A stretch of DNA of 64,000 nucleotides, from positions 321,760 to 385,759 of the forward strand of contig CAVUCC010000011.1 in NCBI GenBank assembly GCA_963739885.1, read 5' to 3'. The notes under the pieces are model-generated. The model saw only the letters and a program-made list of their open reading frames with translations. It ran no database searches and was not told where the DNA came from. This document shows, in pieces, positions 49,379 through 58,186 of this stretch. The first letter of the stretch is position 1. Each line of letters starts with the position of its first letter. The stretch comes from an uncultured Chloroflexia bacterium. GTDB lineage: Bacteria > Chloroflexota > Limnocylindria > Limnocylindrales > CSP1-4. Both the position numbers and the translations under genes were made by a program.

Positions 49379-50410
49379 TCAGGTCGCCGACGTCGACGGG
49401 ACGATGATCGGGATCACGGGGCCCGTCGGGGCCGGCGTGCCGCTGGGAGCCGGGCTGCCGCTCGGCGCGGCGCTGGGCGCTGGCGAGGTCGTGGCCGCAG
49501 GGCCGTTGCCGTTGTCGGGCGGGATCGGCAGCACGTCGGGACCGGCCACCTCGGGTGGCACCCCGCCGGGCGGGTAGCCCCACATCGCGACCACCCGACC
49601 ACCGCCCCACGCGAGCGCGAAGTCGTTGACGACCGATGCGGGCCACCAGTCGCCCTGATAGCCGAACGTTGGCCGGCCGATGGGGTCGATCACGTAGTAG
49701 GCCGCGCGGGATGTCTGCGCTTGGCGTTGCCCGGGTAGTAGCCGTCGAGGTAGATCGCATGCCCTCCGGTGAAGTCCTTCTGGAGCCGGAGGGCGAGGCG
49801 GCACCTTCGAGTAGTCGCCCTGGATCACGGCCCCGTAGCCCGCGGCCAGCAGCCGCTCGAGCGTGTCGGTCTTGATCAGGCCGTGCGGGAAGGTGATGCC
49901 GTAGCCACGCCACAGGGCGGTCGCGAGGTCGTTGATCCCGGTGCCCCCGCTCTGGTCGTCCTGAAGCGTTCGCAGGATCGACCCCGTGGTGACGATGCCG
50001 TAGCCCAGCCGGGCGAGCATCGCGCCCGAGGCCAGCGTGCAGTTCGAACCCTGGAAAGGACCGCCGTCGAACTGGGTGACCGGGGGCACGCGCGGGAAGC
50101 CGGCCGGCTTGACGTAGGCCGCCTGCTGGACACCGCCAAGGAGGGCGTCGGCCGCTGCCGAGAGATCCTGCGGGCTGAGCGTGGCCAGCGGCTGCGGGCT
50201 GCCGCTGGGTTCCTCGTTGAATGCGACCGGGACGCCCGAGCCGGCCGGGGTGTCGGGGCCGTTGAGCACGTACTGGGGGGCCTCGCTCGCCGAGGAGACC
50301 GGCGCGTGATCGCTGGACGCGGACACGACGACGGTCGCCGCCACGAACCCGATGGCGGCCGTTACCAGGAACACGGCGACCCTGGCCAGGATCGACCCGA
50401 CGGTTTTCAT
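49379..50410 (-). pseudogene. membrane-anchored papain-like/NlpC-like cysteine-peptidase-like protein with an internal out-of-frame segment
   Basis: ATG at 50410 (MKTVGSILARVAVFLVTAAIGFVAA is a TM anchor). GSNCTLASGAM is a candidate nucleophile. Between about 49800 and about 49705 the sensible sequence LRLQKDFTGGHAIYLDGYYPGNAKR lies in another frame, then the original frame resumes (AAYYVIDPIGRPTFGYQGDWW). The family assignment is inference. Confidence 0.5.
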
Positions 50411-50411
50411 C

Positions 50412-51967
50412 TCACCGACACGCCATGGTGGCGGGGAATGACGAGCTCTTCGTCGTCCCACCGTACCGATCGGTGGTCACCGCGTAGACGGTCAGCCGGC
50501 CGTAGTAGAAGGTCTGGCCGTCGAACGATGCCGTCGTGCCTGTGTAGTAGTTGCCGCTACCGGCGCTGGCGGTCATGTGGCCAGAGATCGGCGGGGGATT
50601 CGTGCGCGTGTTCTCGAGGGTCCAGTAGAAGACCACCTTGAGCCCGTCTGCCGGGCTGGTCTGCATCGTTGGCGTAGGTTCCGATGGTGATCGTTGCCGT
50701 GGTGCACGGGTACGTCGAGCTGATCGGGGAAAACGCCGTCGAATGCTGCCTCTGAATCGCAGCGACGGATGGTGATCGATGCCGTCTTCGTCTTGCTGGA
50801 GACGCTCTTGCCATCGACCGCCTTGATGTACCACCGCAGGCTGTCGGTCGGTGGCGACGGGATCGTGATCTTGTCCTTCGTCGTGTCGAGGCCTGCCGAC
50901 CATTTGCCAGAAGCGGCTGTCATCGGTTTCGACGACCAGGACGCACTGCCCGGCAGGCGGTAGAAGAGCGTCGCCGACTTGACGCCGTCGACATCGGTGA
51001 TCTGGGCGCTGATCGACGTGGTGGTGTGGCAGCCCCCAACGCCCAACGGGTCCCAATAGAGCGACGAGCCGGAGGACGATGCCGCCGATTTGATCGTCGG
51101 GCCGCTGTTGGCGCACACCGCGACGGTGATCGTGTCAGCTCCACTCGTCGGGAGTCGACGGGTCGCTCCAGCCGAATTCGTTCCGACCGCATAGAACGCG
51201 AGCTTGCCCGCGCTCTTGATCCCGTTCGTCATGGTGTCCAGCGTCAGCTGCCAGGTTCCGTCCCTCGCTGTACCCGCAGTGAGGCTCATCGGCGACCCGG
51301 TGTACGACCCCGAGCCCGGGGCACGCCAGAACAGGGTGACGTCGGCCAGGCCGGCGTCATCGCCGCCCTTGACCTTGAACGTGACCTGCTTGACGGCCCT
51401 TGGGCAATACGAGCCCTGGTCGTAGCTGATCTTGCTGGTCGAGACCGTCAGCTTCGTGAGCGATGGGGAGGCGTTCGGTGTCGGGCTGGGCGTGGGCGTG
51501 GGCGTCGGGACCGGCGTCGGCGACGGGGACGGCGAGTTGTTCTGGGTCGCAGTCAGCGTGGCGGCGGGCGCGAACGACGGCGCGGCCGCGGCCGCCACGG
51601 GCTCGCAGGTGGCGACCGGCACCGTGGACAGCGACGCGTCGAAGGTCAGCGGCGAGACCTGCACCCAGGCCTCGGTTCGCCCCGGCAGCGGGTAGTGGAT
51701 CCGCGCCCAGGTGCCGTCCTCGGTGCGACCGGTGACCAGGAAGCGCTGGCCGGCCGGCACGGTCATCAGCGCCGGGCCGCTGTTCGGGCAGGGATAGATC
51801 GACAGCACGCCGCTGCTGCCGTCGGTCCCCCCTTTCACGGCGCCACCCGCGATCGCGCCGCCGGTCAGCGCCCCGGCGAGAAGGCCGGCAGCGACGAGGA
51901 CCGCGGCGATCTGGGGTCCCCCGAGGGCGCTAACGGCCCTGCCCGCCGCGGCTCCGAAGGCGCTCAC
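50412..51967 (-). pseudogene. membrane-anchored/secreted multi-Ig-like-domain protein, C-terminus over three frames
   Basis: N-terminal hydrophobic anchor, an SH3-like stretch (GQRFLVTGRTEDGTWARIHYP), a PT-rich linker and repeated beta-domains. After ...ITIRRCDSEAAFDGV (about 50726-50734, a GGGGAAAA run) the sequence continues in a second frame (FSPISSTYPCTTATITIGTYANDA). After about 50655-50670 it continues in a third frame (QTSPADGLKVVFYWTLEN...YYGRLTVYAVTTDRYGGTT...*, stop at 50412). Confidence 0.55.
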
Positions 51968-52039
51968 GTCGCTCCCCGATGGCGCAGGCGGAACGCTGCC
52001 TGCATCGAGGCGGACTGTACGACGGGACGCAAGATCACG

Positions 52040-53191
52040 TCAGCCGCCCGGTATCCCGAGGACCGAGATCTCGCTGATGGCCGCGTCGTCGAACGGCGTG
52101 CCGTTCACCGATGTCTTGACCGAGGGATAGGTCGTCACGATGGTGATCCGGACCGACGTGGCCCCGGCGACGCCGCCCAGGTCGATCCGCTGCGCCTTCG
52201 TGGTGTCCTTGAGGTGAGCGGCGATCGGCGTCCCGCCGTCGACGGAGACCTGGACGTCCTTGAGCCGCAGGTTGCCCTGGTACAGCGCAGTCGAGCCCTG
52301 GTAGCCGTTGCGGACCACGAGCGTGTCGGCACGGGCCTGCTCGAAGGTGACCTCGATCCACTGCCCCTGCTCCTGGGCGCTGCCCTCCTGCCAGCTCGTG
52401 GCCAGATCGCCGTCGATCGCCTTATCCGCCTGGTACCTCGCCTTGTCGCCGAGGACCGACGAGGCGGTTGCGCCGGTCAGCTTCAGCCTGACCGACTTCG
52501 GGGTCGGGGTCGGGGAGGTACCCGAGCCGGCGGGGACACCAGCCGAAGCGGCGGCCGACGGACCGCTGCTCGCGATCACGCTGGGCCCCGATGTCGCCTC
52601 CGAGCCGGGTCCCGCTCCGGCGATCATCGGCCCGATGACCACGATCCCCACCCCCACCAGGATGCCCAACAGCCCGACGGCGAAGATCCAGCCCGGGATC
52701 CCCCGCCTCGCCGGCTCCTCGCGCGTCGCGGGACGTGCACCGGCAGGGGGCACGGTGGTGGTCGGGACCGACGTGGTCGCCACCGCGGCCGCGATCATGT
52801 CGGCCGACGGCTCGACCACGCGGGACCCGGCCGCCAGCGTCGTGCCGCACGACTGGCAGAACGTCCGCGTGGCCGGGTTCGCGATCCCGCAAGCCGGGCA
52901 GCGCACGAGGCCGCCATCTGCGGCGGGGACGGCGGATGCCGTCGCGACGGGCGTGGGCCCAGCTGCCGGGACGGGCGCGGCGGAGGCGACCGGTGCCGGC
53001 GCGATGGACGTGGGCGGAACGGGTGCGGGTGCGGTGGGCGGTCCCGCGACCGCGGATCCAGACGCGTCCGGAGCGTCGGACGACGGCTGTCCCTCCCATT
53101 CGAGGAACGCACCACACGACCCGCAGAACTGATCGCCGGGCGCGTTGGCGAAGCCACAGCGCTTGCACAGGACGGCAGAAGGGTCGGTCAT
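52040..53191 (-). CDS. double zinc-ribbon / single-TM / discoidin (F5/8 type C)-domain protein
   Basis: CKRCGFANAPGDQFCGSCG and CPACGIANPATRTFCQSCG are the zinc ribbons. The TM helix is IPGWIFAVGLLGILVGVGIVVIG. The C-terminal ADKAIDGDLATSWQEG...GQWIEVTF is discoidin-like. Confidence 0.7.
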   Translation of the reverse strand: MTDPSAVLCKRCGFANAPGDQFCGSCGAFLEWEGQPSSDAPDASGSAVAGPPTAPAPVPPTSIAPAPVASAAPVPAAGPTPVATASAVPAADGGLVRCPACGIANPATRTFCQSCGTTLAAGSRVVEPSADMIAAAVATTSVPTTTVPPAGARPATREEPARRGIPGWIFAVGLLGILVGVGIVVIGPMIAGAGPGSEATSGPSVIASSGPSAAASAGVPAGSGTSPTPTPKSVRLKLTGATASSVLGDKARYQADKAIDGDLATSWQEGSAQEQGQWIEVTFEQARADTLVVRNGYQGSTALYQGNLRLKDVQVSVDGGTPIAAHLKDTTKAQRIDLGGVAGATSVRITIVTTYPSVKTSVNGTPFDDAAISEISVLGIPGG

Positions 53192-53196
53192 CGGGG

Positions 53197-55299
53197 CTAG
53201 CCTCGGATCACGAGCGTCAGCGGCAGATCGATGAACCGGCGGAGCAGGAACCCGGACGGCACCATCGAGGGCATCGTCACCAGCATCGGGACCGACACCG
53301 GCGGGAACGCAGCTCCGTCGACCGGCTCCGCGATCAGGTCGCGCGGCCCGGTGACGTCACTATGGAACACGAGCACCTGGATCCGGAAGCTACCCGACGC
53401 ATCGGCTGTCACGGGTGGCAGCTTGGCCGTGATGCCGATGCTCCAGCGAAGGCGGATCGAGGCGCCCGCGGGAAACCCGGAACCCTGCGCGATGACCACG
53501 ATCCCGGGCGGTCCGATGTCCGGATCGATCGTCAGGCTGGCCTGCGAGCCCGAGGCGCGCAGCTGCGCGATGCGCGGCGAGCCCGCAGCATCGTCCGACA
53601 CCTCGAGCGTCGCCGCCTTCGAGCCTTCCGAGGTGGGGACGAACGCGACCGAGATCGTGCACGCGTCCGTGTGATACAGCGTCCGCCCATTGCAGCCGTC
53701 GGCGACGATCGCGAAGTCGCCGTGCGCCGGACCGCTGATCGTCGACAGACCAACCTTGATCGGCGACCAACCAGCGTTCGCAAGCACCGCGGCCACGGGC
53801 AGAGCGGCCGTCCCGACGGCCCGCGAGCCGAGGTCCAGGACGGCTGGCGTGAGGGTCGGGAAGGGCGGGAAGTCGCGCAGGAAGATGTCCGCGCCCGAGC
53901 CCAAATCGCCAGCGACCAGGGTCGCGGCCTGCGAGGCGAATGCTACGTAGCGTCCGTTGCCGGCGACCGCCGGCAGCAGGCTCCGGCTGCCGCCCGGACC
54001 GCCCGTCGTCGCCACCGAGACCAGGATCGTCTCGCCCGTGTCGACGTCTCGCTCGAACACCTCGCTGGTGGTCGTGTCCAGGGCGGCGAGGTGGCCGCCG
54101 CCGTATCCGGTCGCGACGTCCACCAGATCCGACGCAACCGACGCGAAGGCGACCATCCTCCCGTCGCGCGAGATCGCCGCCTCGCCGCTGGTTCCGCCGC
54201 CGGGCTGACCGGTGGGTGTGATCGAGACCATCTGTGTGATGCCCGCCTGGCGGTCACGGCGGAAGACGTCGGGGAACCTCCCGTCATCACCCGGGGCCAG
54301 GTTCGAGGCGGCCGATTCGAACGCGACGTAGCGCCCGTCGGCGGAGATCGAGGGACCGCTACCCGGGCCGTTGGCAGGCCCGCCATCCTGCGTCACGCTG
54401 ATCCACTCGGTGCGCGCGGCGGCGATGTCGCGCACGAAGACCTGCGTTCCCGGACCGGTCTTCTCGTTCACCAGCGAACCGCCGCCATCGGACACGAACG
54501 CGACCATGTTGCCGTCGGCGGAGATCGACGGCGCAGTGCTCGAGCCGGACGCCGACAGCCCGTTGGTGCCCACCGACACCAGCGCGGTCTGCTGCGTGTC
54601 GCGGTCGTAGCGGAACACATCCGGGTTCGTCCGCGCGTCGGTGCGCACGATCCCCGCGTTCTGTGACGTGTAGGCGACATAGCGGCCATCACGAGATACC
54701 GATGGGGCGCTGCTCACGTCCGCAGCGGCGCCCGTGACCTGGCGGCTCACGATCTCGGTGGCGCCGGTCCGGCGATCCCAAGCGAGCACGAGCGATCCGA
54801 GCGAAGCCGCGAGTGACGTCGACGGCGGCAGCCAGGTGAAGGCGACCACGTTCCCGTCGGCAGAGATCGACGGCTGGCCGGCGGAGCCACCCCCGGATGC
54901 GCGCGGCGGCAGCGGGACGATGATGGTGGTCGAGGACTTGCGGTCACGGACGAACACGGCCGGGCTGGGCGGCTTGACCCCGGTGCCGGCCAGCGCGACC
55001 AGATCTGTCGCGACCGACGTGAACGCTACGTAGCGCCCGTTGGCCGAGACCGAGGGGTCGGTGGAGCCGCCGTCGGCGAACCCGCCGCCCACGCGCTGCG
55101 AGACGAGCGTCGTGGTACCGGGTGGCGGCGGCAGGACGGCCCCGGGCATCGGATCGGTGCCGCCGGCGGCGGGCGCCGTGGGTGCACCGACCGCGATCGC
55201 CGGCGTCAGCAGCACCAGCGCCAGAGCCAGAGCAGCAACTCGGCCCCGACCGGGCCTCAAGGCCGCAGGTAGCCGGACCAGAAGACGGCTGGATCGCAC
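53197..55299 (-). CDS. secreted TolB-like beta-propeller (PD40 repeats) protein with C-terminal Ig-like domains
   Basis: A signal peptide, then at least 7 repeats of the type S(V/I)SA(D/N)GRYVAF.S.A..LV. The C-terminal beta-sandwich-like regions include GDFAIVADGC and IDPDIGPPGIVVIAQGSGF. The start is 55299 or the GTG at 55239. Confidence 0.7.
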   Translation of the reverse strand: MRSSRLLVRLPAALRPGRGRVAALALALVLLTPAIAVGAPTAPAAGGTDPMPGAVLPPPPGTTTLVSQRVGGGFADGGSTDPSVSANGRYVAFTSVATDLVALAGTGVKPPSPAVFVRDRKSSTTIIVPLPPRASGGGSAGQPSISADGNVVAFTWLPPSTSLAASLGSLVLAWDRRTGATEIVSRQVTGAAADVSSAPSVSRDGRYVAYTSQNAGIVRTDARTNPDVFRYDRDTQQTALVSVGTNGLSASGSSTAPSISADGNMVAFVSDGGGSLVNEKTGPGTQVFVRDIAAARTEWISVTQDGGPANGPGSGPSISADGRYVAFESAASNLAPGDDGRFPDVFRRDRQAGITQMVSITPTGQPGGGTSGEAAISRDGRMVAFASVASDLVDVATGYGGGHLAALDTTTSEVFERDVDTGETILVSVATTGGPGGSRSLLPAVAGNGRYVAFASQAATLVAGDLGSGADIFLRDFPPFPTLTPAVLDLGSRAVGTAALPVAAVLANAGWSPIKVGLSTISGPAHGDFAIVADGCNGRTLYHTDACTISVAFVPTSEGSKAATLEVSDDAAGSPRIAQLRASGSQASLTIDPDIGPPGIVVIAQGSGFPAGASIRLRWSIGITAKLPPVTADASGSFRIQVLVFHSDVTGPRDLIAEPVDGAAFPPVSVPMLVTMPSMVPSGFLLRRFIDLPLTLVIRG

Positions 55300-56543
55300 G
55301 TACCGGCGCTCGTGCAGCTGAGCGAGAGGTTGAGGCTGTCACTCGGCGCGATGACGATCGGCGTCACGAAGTGCAGATCGTAGTCGCGGAAGTTCTCGAG
55401 CCGAAGCTGGATCAGGCCATCGTTGTTGCGCAGGACGACCAGCGCGCCGTCGGCACCGTTGGGGTTCGAGAACACGAAGTCGGTCACGAACAGCGTGCCC
55501 TTGGGCTGGTAGGTCTTGTGCGTGGCGTCGAGCCGCCCGTCCACCGGGTTGCCCAGACCGGGGATGAGCGTGCCCGGCGTCGGGGCCGGCGTGGGCGCGG
55601 CGCTCGCACCGGGTGGCGAAGAGGCGCCGCCACCCGATGACGAGGCCGGTGTCGGCGTCGCGCCGCCACCGCCGTTGGTGGGCATCGTGGGCAGGCCGGC
55701 CGCCCCGAGCGCGCCATTGACGTCGTTCTTGAGGCTTGCCAGGGGCGATGCCACCGCCTCCGACGCCGCCGTCTCGATCGAGGGCTTGAGCAGGAACAGC
55801 CACGCGAGCACGAGCAGCACGAGCAGGGCGATGAGCGCGATCAGCGCCTTGAGGAACCACGGCGGCAGCATCGACTCCTGGAGCAGCGTGCCGTCCAGGG
55901 TGATCGGCGGGCCGCCCTCGGGCCGTACGAACAGCTGGAACGCGCGGGTCTTGGGCTGCCCGCGCCAGAAGCGCTTGACGGGGCTGACCCGGACCTTGGC
56001 GAAGCCCGCCATGCCGGGCTCGACGACGACCGCCGGCGGCTTGACATCGAACTTGACCAGCCGGTCGGCATCGGTGCCCTCGATCTCCGCGTTCAACCGG
56101 ACGTTGCCCCGGTTGTCGACCGCGAGGTCGTGGCTGCCCGACCGCGAGCCGCGCGACGTCCGCGGGGCAAGCTCGGCGAACGGCTCCTGGAAGCTGCCGA
56201 CCTGGACCGAGCCCTCCTCGACCGCCGACCCGGCCGGATCCTCGCGCGATCGAGCGCGCACCCCGAACGGCACCAGGCCGGATGGCGTGGTGGCCGCCCG
56301 CGGTGGGCGGAAGGTAACCCTGGCCGTGCCCTCGGCGCCCGGGAAGAGCGAGATCGTCGCGGGGTCCGCCGACGCCCAGCCGGCGGAATTGCCCAGGACG
56401 TCGAGCGCGAGCTCGTCGACGACGGTCCCGGTGTTCCGCACCCGGACCTCGACCGAGACTTCCTGTCCCGGCTCGACCTCGACGGCCGGGGTGACCAGCG
56501 TGACGGAGGTTCCCACGAGCGTGAGTGTAACGGTGCGCCGCAC
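55257..56543 (-). CDS. single-TM protein with N-terminal CARDB/Ig-like repeats (function unknown)
   Basis: GTG at 56543 lies downstream of AGGAGGG. PGQEVSVEVRVRNTGTVVDELALDVLG is a CARDB-like pattern. The TM helix is FLKALIALIALLVLLVLAWLFLL, followed by a Gly/Pro linker and a C-terminal beta domain. Confidence 0.6.
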   Translation of the reverse strand: MRRTVTLTLVGTSVTLVTPAVEVEPGQEVSVEVRVRNTGTVVDELALDVLGNSAGWASADPATISLFPGAEGTARVTFRPPRAATTPSGLVPFGVRARSREDPAGSAVEEGSVQVGSFQEPFAELAPRTSRGSRSGSHDLAVDNRGNVRLNAEIEGTDADRLVKFDVKPPAVVVEPGMAGFAKVRVSPVKRFWRGQPKTRAFQLFVRPEGGPPITLDGTLLQESMLPPWFLKALIALIALLVLLVLAWLFLLKPSIETAASEAVASPLASLKNDVNGALGAAGLPTMPTNGGGGATPTPASSSGGGASSPPGASAAPTPAPTPGTLIPGLGNPVDGRLDATHKTYQPKGTLFVTDFVFSNPNGADGALVVLRNNDGLIQLRLENFRDYDLHFVTPIVIAPSDSLNLSLSCTSAGTCDPAVFWSGYLRP

Positions 56544-56726
56544 GGTCGAACAGGTGAGCCCTCCTGCGCGGCCGGGCCCGCGTGGCGAGGTGATCGGGCA
56601 ACACCATGTGCCCGTTAAGCCTGCGTTGACTGGACGCTGAGTGCCCGCAGGTAACGTCCGGCGCACGCTCCCGGGGCAGCGCCTCCGGCCCGTCGTCGGG
56701 CCCTCGGGACCGGATGGAGATGACCG

Positions 56727-57374
56727 ATGGTTGCTGAACCGATCCCCTTCAAGGCCCCGATCCCCGTCGCCGTCCGTGCGACCGATCCGTTGTCGCGAGC
56801 CGGCATCACGAGCCAGCTCCGTCGCGCCCAGGGGTTCAGCGTCGCGGGCAGCGACGACCTGCCCGATGAGGCGGTCGCGCTGGTCGTCGCGGAGGACGTC
56901 GACAGCGACGTCCTGGCCGAGATGCGCGCGCTGCGCGGGCGGGGGATCCGCCGGATCGTGCTCCTCGTGTCACGGGTCGACGACCGAACCCTGCTGGCCG
57001 CGGCCGAGGCCGGCGTCACGGGTGTCCTGCGCCGAAGCGAGGCGACCGCCGGCAACCTGGCCGCGGCGATCCGCTCGGCCGCCGCGGGCGAGGGCAGCCT
57101 GCCCCCGGACCTGCTGGGCCGGCTGCTGCGCCAGGTGGGCCAGCTCCAGCGCCAGGTGCTGTCGCCCCGCGGCCTTACCTTCACGGGCCTGACCGAGCGC
57201 GAGGTAGCGGTCGTGCGGCTGCTGGCCGACGGCTACGATACGACCGAGATCGCCCGCAGCCTGTTCTACTCCGAACGAACGGTGAAGAACATCATCCACG
57301 ACATCACGTCGCGACTCGAGCTCCGCAACCGGACCCACGCAGTGGCGTACGCGATCCGCGAGGGCCTGATCTAG
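56727..57374 (+). CDS. LuxR-family regulator with atypical receiver-like N-terminal domain
   Basis: The C-terminal LTEREVAVVRLLADGYDTTEIARSLFYSERTVKNIIHDI is a LuxR helix-turn-helix. The N-terminal domain has receiver-like topology but lacks the usual DD pair and Lys (VLRRSE instead of K). Confidence 0.75.
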   Translation: MVAEPIPFKAPIPVAVRATDPLSRAGITSQLRRAQGFSVAGSDDLPDEAVALVVAEDVDSDVLAEMRALRGRGIRRIVLLVSRVDDRTLLAAAEAGVTGVLRRSEATAGNLAAAIRSAAAGEGSLPPDLLGRLLRQVGQLQRQVLSPRGLTFTGLTEREVAVVRLLADGYDTTEIARSLFYSERTVKNIIHDITSRLELRNRTHAVAYAIREGLI

Positions 57375-57375
57375 C

Positions 57376-58155
57376 GTGCCTCCGATGCGGGCACGGCGGG
57401 GGTCGCCGTTCGACTCCGCCGAGCGATCCGCGATCCTCGACCGGTTCCGGACCGCATGGCAAGCGCGCGAGGCGGCGAGTGACGCGGCAGACGAAGCCGC
57501 CGCCGAGCTCACGAGGCAGGAGATGGCCGCCGCGGCGGTGGCGTACGTGGATGCGGTCCCGATCCTGCCCCTGTCGCGCTCGCCGCTGACGGACAGCCTG
57601 TTCCAGACCTCCCTGGACACGTTCGGCATCGATGGGCTGTGGTGGGCGTATGAGTACGACTACCGGCCGTACGTCGAGCCGCCGCGCGATCTGTTCGCGT
57701 GGACCGGCGCCATGAAGCTGGACGGCGCCATCCCCACCTGGTCGCTCAAGACGCTGATCGGGCCGGAGGTTCCATTCGTGCTGCCGCGGATCCTGGCCCA
57801 CCCAGCGCTGACGGCCGTCGTGTCGTCGGTGCTGGTGGGCGAGCACATCGGCTTTCCGATCGTGTACTTCGCCGATCCCCAGCCACCAGATCTGGAGCGG
57901 GTCGATGACTGGGGCCATGGCTTTCACTCGTACGTCCGCCCGGACGGCACACCCGCCAGCGCGCACAGCATCGAGGACGACGGTGAGAAGGACTTCGAAC
58001 TGGCACCGTGGCTGGACCGCGGACGGCTGCTGTGGATCGCGCCCGGCGACGAGTCGCTGACGCTGCGCCACGGCACGGACGGCTGCCCCTACCTCGACCT
58101 GCCGGGCGAGCACCGGCGACGCTACGTGCAGACCGGTCGCACCTGGCTCGCATGA
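57376..58155 (+). CDS. hypothetical protein, no recognisable motif
   Basis: The GTG at 57376 is 1 nt after the LuxR TAG (or ATG at 57385). Third codon positions are strongly G/C, and the composition is normal (W/Y/F-rich: DGLWWAYEYDYRPYVEPP). It is convergent with the giant ORF. Confidence 0.6.
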   Translation: MPPMRARRGSPFDSAERSAILDRFRTAWQAREAASDAADEAAAELTRQEMAAAAVAYVDAVPILPLSRSPLTDSLFQTSLDTFGIDGLWWAYEYDYRPYVEPPRDLFAWTGAMKLDGAIPTWSLKTLIGPEVPFVLPRILAHPALTAVVSSVLVGEHIGFPIVYFADPQPPDLERVDDWGHGFHSYVRPDGTPASAHSIEDDGEKDFELAPWLDRGRLLWIAPGDESLTLRHGTDGCPYLDLPGEHRRRYVQTGRTWLA

Positions 58156-58186
58156 GCCCTCCACGGCCGAGCCGTCGACGGCCGGG

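Noticed and set aside
56595-56660. Possible promoter (TTGACT ... TAACGT) and the palindrome CGGGCA(n8)TGCCCG between the LuxR gene and the surface-protein operon
   Set aside because: The hexamer spacing of ~20 nt is too long for a confident sigma-70-type promoter, and the palindrome is short. This is not enough evidence for a feature call.
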